From contig JAYNIA010000012.1 of NCBI GenBank assembly GCA_038108555.1, positions 1 to 53,419 of the forward strand: DNA of 53,419 nt, written 5' to 3'. The notes below the pieces were generated by a model, which searched no databases, was not told the origin of the DNA, and saw only the letters and a list, made by a program, of their open reading frames with translations. Made by a program: the position numbers and the translations under genes. This stretch comes from Nitrospinota bacterium. Its GTDB lineage: Bacteria; Nitrospinota; Nitrospinia; Nitrospinales; VA-1. Shown here in pieces: positions 7,505-18,025 of this stretch. Numbering within the stretch: the stretch's first letter is position 1; each line of letters begins with the position of its first letter.

Positions 7505-9475
7505 ATGTGCGGAATCGTCGGCTTTCTGAATTCATCCTGTAATTATTCTTCCGAAAAATTGGATGGGATCATTAATGAAATGTCGGGTGCGCTGGAACAT
7601 CGGGGACCGGATGACCAGGGTTCCTGGGTGGATGCTCATGAAGGCTTGGCTTTGGGCCATAGACGGTTGTCTATAATCGATCTTTCCGCTGAAGGCCATC
7701 AACCTATGGTTTCCCAAAGTGGCCGCTTTTATCTGACATTTAATGGAGAGATATATAATTTTCAACAGTTGCGTGCAGAGCTAGATCAGGAAAATTCCGG
7801 AGTTTCCTGGCGGGGTAATTCTGATACAGAAGTTTTGCTGGCTGCCATCACCCATTGGGGATTAGAAGGGGCTCTGACAAAATGTATTGGTATGTTCGCT
7901 TTCGCCTTATGGGATAAGGAGACCCATGTTTTACATCTGGTCCGTGACCGTTTGGGAATCAAACCACTATATTATGGGTGGGATGAAAACCTTTTCCTAT
8001 TCTCTTCAGAGTTGAAACCATTCCGCAGCCATCCTGATTTCAAAACAGAGATTGACAAAAATTCCCTTGCTCTATTGTTGCAATACAATTTCATCCCCAC
8101 CCCTTATTCCATCTATAAAAACGTTTTCAAGCTTCCTGCGGGAACCATGCTTTCTTTAAAAGTAAAAGAGGGGCGGGTTGAAAAGACATCACAACCTAAA
8201 AAATACTGGTCTTTAGAGGAGGTGGTTTCAGAAGGATTGGTCCATTCCCACACTGGTACTGAAGAAGAAATCTGCCTGGAACTTGAAAAATTGTTGAGAG
8301 ATTCGGTTAAGTTAAGAATGGTTTCTGATGTTCCTTTGGGAGCCTTTTTGTCTGGTGGCATTGATTCTTCTCTTATAGTAGCTTTGATGCAGGATTTGGG
8401 GAGCCAACCTGTGAAAACTTTTACCATTGGTTTTACCGAGTCCGAATATAATGAAGCTGAAGAGGCGAAAAAAATTGCACAACACCTGGGGACGGACCAT
8501 ACGGAGTTATACGTATCACCGGATAAGGCTATGCAAGTCATCCCCAAGCTTCCCCAACTTTTTGATGAACCGTTTGCCGACTCTTCCCAAATACCAATGT
8601 TTCTGGTGTCTGAGCTCACCCGTAAAAAAGTAACAGTAAGTTTGTCGGGAGATGGAGGCGATGAGCTTTTCGGAGGTTACAATCGATATTTATGGGGCCA
8701 TTGGGCTTGGTCCAGAATCAAAAGAATACCGCTAATGATTCGGAATTTTGCGTCCAACGGTATGGGGTGTTTATCTCCCTCTTCCTGGGACAGGATTTTA
8801 AAAAGTATAGAATCTTTTCTGCCGCCTTCCTATAAAGTGCAAAACCCAGGATATAAATTACAAAAATTTATGCAGCTTCTGGGGAAAAATTCGCCTGAAG
8901 AATTATACGGGGTGATGGTTTCCCATTGGAATAATCCAGTCGATATTGTGAACCAAGTCTCACGGACTCCTGAATTGATCGAATCTGGAAGAATGTTGGA
9001 AAAGATTCCGGATTTTAGAAACCAGATGATGTACATGGATACAATTTCCTGCCTCCCCGATGACATTTTGACCAAAGTAGATCGGGCCAGTATGGGTGTG
9101 GGCCTCGAGGCAAGGGTCCCAATACTGGATCATAGGGTGGTGGAGTATGCCTGGCGCATTCCTGTGGAAATGAATTTTAAAGAAGGAGCAAATAAAAGAA
9201 TGCTTCGGAAAATATTATATCAATACTTACCAGCCCAAATGTTTGAGAGGCCAAAAATGGGATTTGCCGTTCCAATTGATAGTTGGTTGCGTGGACCCAT
9301 GCGCGATTGGGCGGAAAATTTATTAAATGAGGAAAGGCTTTCACGGGAAGGTTATTTTAATCCCATTCCTATTCGCCGGAAATGGAGAGAACACCTTTCT
9401 GGAAAGAGAGATTGGCAATATAGCTTGTGGAGTGTATTGATGTTTCAGGGCTGGTTGGAAAAAGAACTAAATTAA
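7505..9475 (+). CDS. asnB: Asparagine synthase (glutamine-hydrolysing)-like amidotransferase, glycan-associated
   Basis: 656 aa: MCGI (Ntn Cys), [52 protein letters not shown]. Confidence 0.92.
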   Translation: MCGIVGFLNSSCNYSSEKLDGIINEMSGALEHRGPDDQGSWVDAHEGLALGHRRLSIIDLSAEGHQPMVSQSGRFYLTFNGEIYNFQQLRAELDQENSGVSWRGNSDTEVLLAAITHWGLEGALTKCIGMFAFALWDKETHVLHLVRDRLGIKPLYYGWDENLFLFSSELKPFRSHPDFKTEIDKNSLALLLQYNFIPTPYSIYKNVFKLPAGTMLSLKVKEGRVEKTSQPKKYWSLEEVVSEGLVHSHTGTEEEICLELEKLLRDSVKLRMVSDVPLGAFLSGGIDSSLIVALMQDLGSQPVKTFTIGFTESEYNEAEEAKKIAQHLGTDHTELYVSPDKAMQVIPKLPQLFDEPFADSSQIPMFLVSELTRKKVTVSLSGDGGDELFGGYNRYLWGHWAWSRIKRIPLMIRNFASNGMGCLSPSSWDRILKSIESFLPPSYKVQNPGYKLQKFMQLLGKNSPEELYGVMVSHWNNPVDIVNQVSRTPELIESGRMLEKIPDFRNQMMYMDTISCLPDDILTKVDRASMGVGLEARVPILDHRVVEYAWRIPVEMNFKEGANKRMLRKILYQYLPAQMFERPKMGFAVPIDSWLRGPMRDWAENLLNEERLSREGYFNPIPIRRKWREHLSGKRDWQYSLWSVLMFQGWLEKELN

Positions 9476-9505
9476 TTTTTCTCTCAAAAAACTCTTTAAC
9501 GGATT

Positions 9506-10363
9506 TTATCCCTCGTTCTCGGGGGTGCTTAAACGGCGATAACCCACCGCACACCAGAAAGGGACCTCCTTGGAAAACTTTATCCGCTCCAACCCTGAGT
9601 TTTCCATCATGGCTTGGATTTGATTTTGAGTGAATCGTTTTTCAAGTCGGGTTCCGAATCGATCCAATGCATCTGTTCGCATCGTGTAAAAGCTTAGATT
9701 CCTATAGGCACTTAACGGAAAATTTTCAACCTTGAATCCCATTTTTTCAAAGGCCCAGGAAAGTTTAGCCAGTGGAAGATAAACCAGAATGGCAAAAATC
9801 TGACTGGTAAAATATCTTAAGTCATGAGGCAGGCGTGAAATCACTTTGCGTAACAAATCACTCAACTGCCAAAAAAAATTGAACCAGATGGGTTTATTGT
9901 CGAAGGCATAATAAAGATACAAGAGGAACGGAGCTCCCGGTTTGAGTTTCCTGACACAAGCATCAATTCCCGCCTGGGTGTCGGGGATATGGTGTAGCAC
10001 TCCCAGGGAATAAGCAAAGTCCAAACTTGAATCATTGATAGGAATATTATCTACGGTAGCCTTGATGAACTCACAGTTATTATTTTGAGCAAGATTTTTT
10101 CGTGCAACATCCAGGGCACTACTGGGGTCTAAACAATATAAATGCCCCACTTTAGGGGCTACAAGTTTTGCCCATCGACCGCTTCCGCATCCCACATCCA
10201 TTCCTTTTGCGGATGGGGGCAGGGTTTCCCATGGAAAAACGGAAAAATAACTTTCAAAAATCGCTTTTCGTTCCTGGTCTGAAAGTTCCGATTGGTCAAA
10301 ACGGGTCCATTCATCACCAAAACCATCTACTGTTTTCTTGTCAACATTTGATTCAGTGCTCAT
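9506..10363 (-). CDS. Class I SAM-dependent methyltransferase
   Basis: Motif I MDVGCGSGRW and SLGVLHH. Start moved to ATG 10363 (MSTESN) to avoid overlap with the upstream glycosyltransferase. Confidence 0.85.
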   Translation of the reverse strand: MSTESNVDKKTVDGFGDEWTRFDQSELSDQERKAIFESYFSVFPWETLPPSAKGMDVGCGSGRWAKLVAPKVGHLYCLDPSSALDVARKNLAQNNNCEFIKATVDNIPINDSSLDFAYSLGVLHHIPDTQAGIDACVRKLKPGAPFLLYLYYAFDNKPIWFNFFWQLSDLLRKVISRLPHDLRYFTSQIFAILVYLPLAKLSWAFEKMGFKVENFPLSAYRNLSFYTMRTDALDRFGTRLEKRFTQNQIQAMMENSGLERIKFSKEVPFWCAVGYRRLSTPENEG

Positions 10364-10379
10364 AGTTTCAGGCTGAAAT

Positions 10380-11501
10380 TTAAAACATTTCGAAATATTG
10401 TTTAGAAATTTTTTTAATATCAAAATCGGCGGCTCTTCCCGGTCCTAATTCCCGATATTTGGATCTTAAAGAATTTTCCTGCCTCATTTTTTGCATTGCC
10501 TTAACCATTAAATCTGTATTGCCAACAGGAGTTAGAAGACCAAAGGGAGCCTGTTCGATATGGTCCTTCAGTAGCACTTTTTCATCGGAATCAGGTGCTA
10601 AAATCTCTCGGGGGCCATAAGGGCAGTCTGTTGAAATGACTGGAAGTCCTGCATTCAATGCTTCTATTAAAACATTTCCCAGGCCCTCAAAGTCAGAAGA
10701 AAAAACGAAACAATCCGCTTTCTTGAGGTACGATTCAATATTTGTTTGGAACCCTTCGAACTCCACCTTGTCTGCGATTCCCAGCTTAATAGATAACCTT
10801 TTTAATGAGTTTAATAGTTTGCCCTGGCCCACAAGGATAAGTTTGCAATCTTCATTTTTAAATTCGGAAAAAGCCATTAATAATAATGCATGATTCTTTT
10901 GTTTCTCCAACCGTCCTATATTAATAAAAGTAAAAGTTTTATTAACAGATTGTTGCTGAAGGAAAGATTTAGAAAGGGGTATGGGATTGTAAATTACTTT
11001 GCATTTCGAGATTCCCAGTTTTTTAAGGCTATGGGCTATTCCTTTGGAAATAACTGTTACTACATCTGCGTATGGATAGTACCGCTTAATTAAATCAATC
11101 AAAAAAGATCCGAATAGAAGGGAATTGTAATACGCAACGGAATCGGCTCTTTCGCTGATAATTACTTTTCCCTTCCAACCGTTTTTTTTCAAATAACAGG
11201 CAATGATATTGGGTCTGTTTAATAGAGAGAGTAAAATTTGAATGTTATTGTTAATAAGGTATTTTTTTAATTTAAAAGCAAGGTATGGAATTGCCAAAAT
11301 GCTCATATACCTTGAGCCCACTAATCTTCCCAGTTCAACTATTTTTATGTTTTCGCTTTCGGGCAGTGGGTAATCAATTTCCTTGCTGAAAAGAATGAGA
11401 TGAAATTCAAATTCCTTATGGCCTTCATTTAGTAGATAGGAAACTATTCTTTCAGCTCCACCCCCCCGAAGGTTAATTAAAAAAATAGCAACTTTTTTCA
11501 T
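10380..11501 (-). CDS. Glycosyltransferase family 4 (PglJ/WabH-like)
   Basis: 373 aa: GGGAER, IGRLEKQKN, SDFEGLGNVLIEA (EX7E), STDCPYGPREIL. Confidence 0.9.
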   Translation of the reverse strand: MKKVAIFLINLRGGGAERIVSYLLNEGHKEFEFHLILFSKEIDYPLPESENIKIVELGRLVGSRYMSILAIPYLAFKLKKYLINNNIQILLSLLNRPNIIACYLKKNGWKGKVIISERADSVAYYNSLLFGSFLIDLIKRYYPYADVVTVISKGIAHSLKKLGISKCKVIYNPIPLSKSFLQQQSVNKTFTFINIGRLEKQKNHALLLMAFSEFKNEDCKLILVGQGKLLNSLKRLSIKLGIADKVEFEGFQTNIESYLKKADCFVFSSDFEGLGNVLIEALNAGLPVISTDCPYGPREILAPDSDEKVLLKDHIEQAPFGLLTPVGNTDLMVKAMQKMRQENSLRSKYRELGPGRAADFDIKKISKQYFEMF

Positions 11502-11504
11502 ATT

Positions 11505-12758
11505 TTATTTTGAAAATCCTGGACTTTTATAATGAGGAGTGATGTTTGGATCAGCTTGAACGGAGGATTTCTCCGGCCTGTACCTGGAATAAGCAAATGC
11601 CGATGCAATCAATAATCCCATAGTAGGAACATGGTGCCGGATGGCTGTTCCCCAGTTGACAGTTCCAACGGACCACAATGCTTCGAAAAACAAATAGGCT
11701 AGGAAAGAAAAAAGAAAAACTAGTCGTTTTCCCCCCTGGGTATGAAAAAAAACAGCCAGTCCTTTCCAGATCAATACAAATCGAACTAAATTTTCAAGCA
11801 ATACGTTTAAATCAAGAATAGTAGAAACCCGCCAGGGCATGGGTTCGAATAAATATTGAAGGAAATGTTTTGGTGCAAATAAAATTAGGTCAGTAAAATC
11901 TTTGAGTTCTATGTTGTGGACAAATTGGGTCCGGGCTCCAAAAGAAGCTCCTACAGAGAGATATCTCTCAATTGCGGCAGGCAACCCTTTTTCAATAAGA
12001 TGGATGGGGGGGAGAAAACTCAATAACCTGTGCGCACCCAAAACTGAGTAGGTTGCCAAAGCTATTGCAAAGGCAATGAGAGTTCCCTTTATGAAAAAAG
12101 CACTTCCCTTTCTCAAAATCAGTAATAGGAAAAGAGAAAACGCTATAAAAATTCCAAGCAAAAATAAGGAAAGATGAATTTTTTTCATGATAACTATAAG
12201 GAGAGGAAGGACAATGATAAACCTAAAGAATTTCTCCAGATACACCTTCAAGGCAGAATACATGGCCAGATTTACCAGGAGTAATTGGAAAGGTTCCCTG
12301 AGGGTAACCCCGGTGAAAAGAATGGACGAAGGCAATAAACTGTAAATTGCCATGGCCTTGAATTGATCGGATTTGTTTGTTTCCAGCAGGTTCATTATTT
12401 TTATTAAAACTATTGAAGAAGCAAACCAAACCAAAGCTGAAAAGAGCCCTCCGATGAATAAGGAATCGGTTGTCAGGAAATAGACACGCGCCAGCAATTG
12501 GGCGTAAAAATGTTTCAAAAGATGGAACCCGTGGGCATAATCGGGGTGGTGAGATAGGTTGTTTTGTGATTGGGAAGCGATTTCAGACAATTCATTTATG
12601 GTGCCGGGGTAGTTAAAAAGATTCGAGGCGGCCTGGTGAAAACTGGTTGCATCCGCTTCGGCACCGATGCTGGGCCCCCAGAATCCATTCCAAAGGGAAA
12701 CGCAGACTCTAAAGAACAATCCAACTGAAAGCATTAAGTAGACTTCTCGTAAGCGCAC
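11505..12758 (-). CDS. Polytopic membrane protein, putative O-antigen polymerase (Wzy-like)
   Basis: 417 aa with about 10 TM segments, an acidic residue in the first loop (ADATSFH), LREPF, and a late loop ending GTAIRH. Lies between a flippase and a GT. Confidence 0.6.
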   Translation of the reverse strand: MRLREVYLMLSVGLFFRVCVSLWNGFWGPSIGAEADATSFHQAASNLFNYPGTINELSEIASQSQNNLSHHPDYAHGFHLLKHFYAQLLARVYFLTTDSLFIGGLFSALVWFASSIVLIKIMNLLETNKSDQFKAMAIYSLLPSSILFTGVTLREPFQLLLVNLAMYSALKVYLEKFFRFIIVLPLLIVIMKKIHLSLFLLGIFIAFSLFLLLILRKGSAFFIKGTLIAFAIALATYSVLGAHRLLSFLPPIHLIEKGLPAAIERYLSVGASFGARTQFVHNIELKDFTDLILFAPKHFLQYLFEPMPWRVSTILDLNVLLENLVRFVLIWKGLAVFFHTQGGKRLVFLFSFLAYLFFEALWSVGTVNWGTAIRHHVPTMGLLIASAFAYSRYRPEKSSVQADPNITPHYKSPGFSK

Positions 12759-12853
12759 AAATTATCCTTAATATATTTTTAGAATAAAAAATTTTCATAT
12801 TGCCAAATAGATTTTGAAAGCTCACCGTATTGGGCATGTTTTGATTTTAAAGA

Positions 12854-14341
12854 TCAGGAAGATTCACTTTTGCGAATAAAAAGCCAATAGAAAAAAGGTT
12901 GAATGGTCGAAAGTTTTCCTGAAAGCAAATTATTCAATATTGTCTTGTCTATCATATTATAATGCCTGATAAGAGGAATTAAACAAACAAGACAAAAAAC
13001 TGCCGCCTCCGTCCGAAGGAGGAGGTTTTCCCCAATGACGCATTGTAGAACTCCACAAAACATGCAAGAAACAAGTAAGATCAATATTTTCTTTTTTGGA
13101 ATTTTTAAATATTTATGTTGGTCAAATACATATAGAATCTGTGCTAGAAAATAGGATGCTGCGGTTCCATACGCTACTCCAATGCCACCAAGCTGGACAA
13201 CCAATGCCAGAGAAACGATAAAATTTAAAACGAGCGCAGTTCCATTGAAATAAGTCGCTTTACCTAAACGTTCTTGCAACTCAAATAAGATAGAATAGAT
13301 AGCGGTAAAAATGGAACTAGGTACCGCTACGCATAGTAATAGTAAAACCGGAATGGCCTCTAAAAATTCTTTCCCAAAAACCAGTTTATATCCCCAGGGG
13401 ATTACTATTAAAAATGGAATGAGAACCATTAGCCAAAAAGATATGATGGTAGGGCAAATTCTTGTCAGATAATCTTTCTCTACACCGGGTTCCGAAAGTT
13501 TTCTGTCTATTAGTTTGGGTAAAAATAATATTGAAACTGAAGAGGCGAGTCCAAATAGAACTTGCATTACCTGATAGCTGGAGCTAAAAAACCCGACCTC
13601 CCTGGGTGGTCTGAAATATTGTAAAAGAATATGGTCTCCCCAATTTGAAAGATAATTGAAAAAAAGCCCTGGTAATAGTGGCCAGCTATATCTAATTAAT
13701 TTTTTCCTCTTTTCCCAGTTACTTTTTCCATCCAAAGATTTTGATGAAAGGAATTCCTTAACCCAGACTGTCCCCGATGTCAAAATGAATAACAGGATCA
13801 TTCCGGATAGGGTAAAGTTTAGGCTGGCTTTTGAGGGTTGGAAAAAAAGTATGATAAGGAAAATAATGGTAGTTAGCTCAACCAAAATAGGAATGAGTGT
13901 TAGCCATCTAATTTTCCCGGTAACTCTGAAGAGGCTTTGGGATTCTGAAAAAAACCATTGACCCAAAACGAATATAAAAATATAAGGCCACCATGAGGGT
14001 GATAATTTAAAAAAAAGCTCCAGGAATGAGAATGGCTGGGCTATCAATATAATAGCTGTCAGACCAATTCCTATTCCAATAAGTGGCCCGCGTGTGGCCC
14101 AAATGTCTGACAGTTTATTGTTAAGGGTCCACTCTTCCCGGCCAAATCGAACATTTGCAGATTGGGTCCAGCTGAATAAAAAAGAATGAAGCAGGTGAGT
14201 AACAGCAAGAATCATAGCCCACTGGCCGACTCCCTCAGGCCCTATGGCTCTGGCAAGTAGGGAGGCAGAAAGAACCGCTAAAGGAATGCGCAATATTTTG
14301 CCGCCGGTTAATGAGATAAAGTCCAATAAATTTTGCTGCAC
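12854..14341 (-). CDS. wzx: Oligosaccharide flippase (Wzx/MOP family)
   Basis: 495 aa with 12-14 TM segments: LARAIGPEGVG, YSWPL, GDHILL...EVGFFS, LGGIGVAYGT. Confidence 0.85.
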   Translation of the reverse strand: MQQNLLDFISLTGGKILRIPLAVLSASLLARAIGPEGVGQWAMILAVTHLLHSFLFSWTQSANVRFGREEWTLNNKLSDIWATRGPLIGIGIGLTAIILIAQPFSFLELFFKLSPSWWPYIFIFVLGQWFFSESQSLFRVTGKIRWLTLIPILVELTTIIFLIILFFQPSKASLNFTLSGMILLFILTSGTVWVKEFLSSKSLDGKSNWEKRKKLIRYSWPLLPGLFFNYLSNWGDHILLQYFRPPREVGFFSSSYQVMQVLFGLASSVSILFLPKLIDRKLSEPGVEKDYLTRICPTIISFWLMVLIPFLIVIPWGYKLVFGKEFLEAIPVLLLLCVAVPSSIFTAIYSILFELQERLGKATYFNGTALVLNFIVSLALVVQLGGIGVAYGTAASYFLAQILYVFDQHKYLKIPKKKILILLVSCMFCGVLQCVIGENLLLRTEAAVFCLVCLIPLIRHYNMIDKTILNNLLSGKLSTIQPFFYWLFIRKSESS

Positions 14342-14450
14342 TATTTACCTTTTGGAAGACGCCTTGAAATTGTTTTCAATTCTTGTGCAAAACAGGGTGA
14401 TTTTGAAAATTAATATCCTGTCTTGAATCTTTAGAAAAAATAAATTCAAA

Positions 14451-15233
14451 CTACTTTTTAAATGCAATCACGATTAGATCGGCGCATTGTGATGGGAAAA
14501 TACCTCCAAAAAAATTTAGAAGGAGTCTGCCCGGTTTTGAAAGTGTCATTAAATAATTTAAGGAAAGGTGGGAAAGAAAAAAACCAGCCCTTTCGATTTT
14601 TGATATTAAAAAACCTGATTCGGTCAACAGGTTTGATATTTTTTGTTCGGTATAAAAATTTACATGGTCTGTCGATTGTAGGATTGAACGTTGAAAAACA
14701 TGGTTTCGCAGTTGGGCCAGGGCACAGCCTTCATTAAGAACTCCCAAAATTAATAATCCCTTTGGCCGGAGGATACGTTTTAACTCTAATAGTACCTTTT
14801 TGTCTTGAGGGATATGCTCTATAACGTGATTGCATAAAACCACATCGTACCAATCATCTTCAAAAGGAAGCGTGTCGAGTGATGAATGATTTATTTCTTT
14901 AACAAAGGCAAACTTTGAGGCCCGTTCAAGGCGCAATGGATTGTAGTCTGAGCCATATATCGATACATTCCATTGGTTTTTCTGAGCCATATTGTTGAGG
15001 CCAAATAAATTGATGCCGTCACCACACCCGGCATCTAAAATTTTTGCAGGAGATTGAGAAGCACCGATATTGGATTTGCTAAAAAATTTTCTGATCGCAT
15101 TTTCAAAAATATTCCATCGGTTTTCTATAACCGCTCTGGGCCCCGGCCTTTTGAATTGCTTTGTAAATTGATCATCAATATACCAAGGGTTATTTCTACT
15201 AAGCTGATGTATAGGATCATGAGTTTTAGTCAA
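14451..15233 (-). CDS. Class I SAM-dependent methyltransferase (Methyltransf_11-like)
   Basis: 260 aa: ILDAGCGDG, LPFEDDWYDVVLCNHVIEH, RILRPKG. Confidence 0.88.
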   Translation of the reverse strand: MTKTHDPIHQLSRNNPWYIDDQFTKQFKRPGPRAVIENRWNIFENAIRKFFSKSNIGASQSPAKILDAGCGDGINLFGLNNMAQKNQWNVSIYGSDYNPLRLERASKFAFVKEINHSSLDTLPFEDDWYDVVLCNHVIEHIPQDKKVLLELKRILRPKGLLILGVLNEGCALAQLRNHVFQRSILQSTDHVNFYTEQKISNLLTESGFLISKIERAGFFLSHLSLNYLMTLSKPGRLLLNFFGGIFPSQCADLIVIAFKK

Positions 15234-15235
15234 TT

Positions 15236-16438
15236 TTAGGCCCCCTGTTCCATAATCTCTTTATAGCAACGGGTTTTAATGGCGGAGGTGGTTTTTACAT
15301 CATGAAGTTCAAAAGCAAGAGCTTTTGCTTTCTTTCCCATAATCTCGCTTTCATCAGGATGGTCCAGAAGCCAGTCCAGTGCTTTTACCGCACCCTCGAC
15401 ATCATGTTCAGGAATGAGGAAACCCGTTTCATTATTTTTAACCAGTTCGGAATGCCATTCCACATCATAGGAAACCACCGGGTGTCCTGCGGCACAGGCT
15501 TCGATCAAGCTGAAGCCGGCCATAAGACATAAGGAAACTTGGGATGCGCGGCGTAACTCAAGGCAGATTTCCCTTTTTTGAAACCCGACCAGAAGAATAT
15601 GTTTTTGCAATAATGGGTCGGAAGCCACTTCTTCTTTTATCCTGCTTTCTTCTTTGCCTCCGCCTGCCATTATAATGAAAAAATCCTGCCTAATGCGGCC
15701 TAGTTTTTTGCAGACTTCAAGAATGTCATCGATATAGTTGTCTTTAGAGAGCCGCCCGACAAAACTGATTATTTTCTTAGTAGAATCAATTTTAAAGATC
15801 TGCCGGATATCAAGAATAGGGGGCTGATTAAAAGGGGCCATATCTATGCCATGCGGTATTACCCTGATTTTTTCCTTGTCCGCTCCCGAAGAGATTGCCT
15901 TTTCGGCAAGAGTTTGGCGGATAGGAAGAATCATGTTTGCTTTGGAAAGAATAAACCGCTCAAGAAGCTTCGCAAACCTGTAAGAACCTAATACGGTACT
16001 CGTAGAAATCCCCTTGTTCAGGTTCATCCTTTTGTCGTAATCAGCGTGGATGGACACGCAAAATGGAATGTTTTGAACCCGAGAACAAATGTATGCAAAA
16101 AAGGCCATCCAATAAGGATCGTTTGCTCTGATCAAATTAATTTTATGTTTTCTGACAAGCCTTAAAGTTTTAAAAACTACTCTAAAAAAATGGAGCGGTA
16201 ATTGAAGATAGAGAGCAAGTCTAGTTTTACGGCCTGATGGAAATAGGTCAAACCCTATTTCATGAACCTCATGACGATCATTCAATTTTAAGGAATAGGT
16301 TTTGTCGCTGAAAGGATGGAGAGTAATAACTTTTTCGAAAAAACCATTTTCATCTCGTTCCAAAATCATATGTACAACACCTTTTTCTTTCAGTTCTTCA
16401 TAATTTGCAGGAACGATAAATAGAATGGAAGGTTTCAT
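15236..16438 (-). CDS. Glycosyltransferase family 4
   Basis: 400 aa GT-B: VIPHGID, FVGRL, GFSLIEACAAGHPVV, ETGFL. Confidence 0.85.
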   Translation of the reverse strand: MKPSILFIVPANYEELKEKGVVHMILERDENGFFEKVITLHPFSDKTYSLKLNDRHEVHEIGFDLFPSGRKTRLALYLQLPLHFFRVVFKTLRLVRKHKINLIRANDPYWMAFFAYICSRVQNIPFCVSIHADYDKRMNLNKGISTSTVLGSYRFAKLLERFILSKANMILPIRQTLAEKAISSGADKEKIRVIPHGIDMAPFNQPPILDIRQIFKIDSTKKIISFVGRLSKDNYIDDILEVCKKLGRIRQDFFIIMAGGGKEESRIKEEVASDPLLQKHILLVGFQKREICLELRRASQVSLCLMAGFSLIEACAAGHPVVSYDVEWHSELVKNNETGFLIPEHDVEGAVKALDWLLDHPDESEIMGKKAKALAFELHDVKTTSAIKTRCYKEIMEQGA

Positions 16439-16466
16439 TAGAGAATGTGGAAATTTAGAAATTCTT

Positions 16467-17924
16467 TCAGGTATTGGTTTTCAAGATTGTGGCGGAAAAA
16501 GCCTGTCGAAAATTTTCAGGATATGACTTGAATGGAGGTGACAAAAGCAGCAAGCCAAATATAACAATCAGGGAAACCAGTTTTGCAATGCTATCTAGAT
16601 ACAGGTTTGCTATAGGGTAAAAATGGGTAAAAACAAAACTGAGGGAAACAAAAATAAAAATCAAAATACAATCTTTTAATAAATTAGATTCGATTCTTAA
16701 ATAATTCTGAGACAATGTGTTTGTGGTTAATACCATCGCTGCGATACCAAGTGAATAACCTAGCCCTGTTCCAAACCCTTTCATTTGAGAAACAAGCAAA
16801 AAATCCAACCCAATTGTCGTTGCGATTCCCGCAGTCAATGCATAGAGTCCCAGATAACTTTTTTTTGAATGGATGATTCCTAGCTGGGCGAATGAATAAA
16901 GTCCGTAGAAAATATATCCAATAATAAAAATAGGAAGGTAGTTGTACCCGTTTATATATTCTTGTCCTGAAAGGAGTAGCAGGATTAACTTTCCAAAAGC
17001 CATGAAAAGGAGACCAGAAAGGCACATGAAAAAAAGGTAGTAGGTTTTAACTTTTTTGAAAATATCCGGGCCTTCCTCCTTGTTTAGGATGGATAGTGAA
17101 TAGGGGCCAAATGCAAAATTAAAAGAAGAAACTATCATTGCAAAAATGGCCGCTACCCTAAAGGCCTGGGAATATATTGCAAATTCCTCGGGAGAAACAT
17201 TTCTGGATAAAATGAACTTGTCGAAAGAAAAAATAAGGTTGAACCCAAAGGCCAGAATCATAAAGGGTCCGCCATATTTCATCAGTTTCATAAGCAGGCT
17301 TGTGTCAAACCTAAAAGTAATCATTTTGTGTGAAAAATACAGCCCGAGAAACCCCGGAATCCAAGTGCTTGCGAGGGATGCCAGCATGACATTGAAAAGA
17401 TTGATTTGGCCGGAAAATTTCAAGTACAAAATCAGAACAAGGTAGATTGCCGACTGAAAAGCGATAACCCCAAGGAATTTGTTGCGTTGAAAGGTATATT
17501 GAACCCATTTTTGAAAGTATTGGGAAAATATTACGCCAGGAAGCCAGCCCAGTAAAACCCAGTAAGAAGCCAGATGATTTGTGGAAATATTAAATATTCT
17601 TGCCGATTGTGCCCCAAGAGCTCCTAAACAAAAACTGACTGCCATTCCCAGGCCCATTACGAAAAAGAGCCCTGTTGAAAAAATTACTTTTTTTTCGAAC
17701 TCTTCCTTGTTGACTACAAATCTTGGGATGGCAGAGTCCATACCAAAGGTAACCATTGCGGAGAGCAACATTCCCGCAGGAAGAAGAATGTTCCAGTTGG
17801 CGACCTCGTTCATAGACATATCCCGGATTATCAAAGGCATGCAAATCAATTGCATAAGGGAATACAGGAAATTCCCGATTCCATAAAAAATAATATCTTT
17901 TCCGAGTGATTTTAATGGTTGCAC
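16467..17924 (-). CDS. wzx: Second oligosaccharide flippase (Wzx/MOP family)
   Basis: 485 aa with about 14 TM segments: LGKDIIFYGIGN, FGMDSAIPRF, MKYGGP, DKFIL...FAIYS. Confidence 0.82.
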   Translation of the reverse strand: MQPLKSLGKDIIFYGIGNFLYSLMQLICMPLIIRDMSMNEVANWNILLPAGMLLSAMVTFGMDSAIPRFVVNKEEFEKKVIFSTGLFFVMGLGMAVSFCLGALGAQSARIFNISTNHLASYWVLLGWLPGVIFSQYFQKWVQYTFQRNKFLGVIAFQSAIYLVLILYLKFSGQINLFNVMLASLASTWIPGFLGLYFSHKMITFRFDTSLLMKLMKYGGPFMILAFGFNLIFSFDKFILSRNVSPEEFAIYSQAFRVAAIFAMIVSSFNFAFGPYSLSILNKEEGPDIFKKVKTYYLFFMCLSGLLFMAFGKLILLLLSGQEYINGYNYLPIFIIGYIFYGLYSFAQLGIIHSKKSYLGLYALTAGIATTIGLDFLLVSQMKGFGTGLGYSLGIAAMVLTTNTLSQNYLRIESNLLKDCILIFIFVSLSFVFTHFYPIANLYLDSIAKLVSLIVIFGLLLLSPPFKSYPENFRQAFSATILKTNT

Positions 17925-18025
17925 AATGGAGTCACAATTCTTCTAATTGTGGTTTTCGTTTTTTTAACTAAAGTTTTTGAGCGAAATTTCTGAGGCAGAC
18001 CAGTATTTTTTGCTAACGTAAAAAA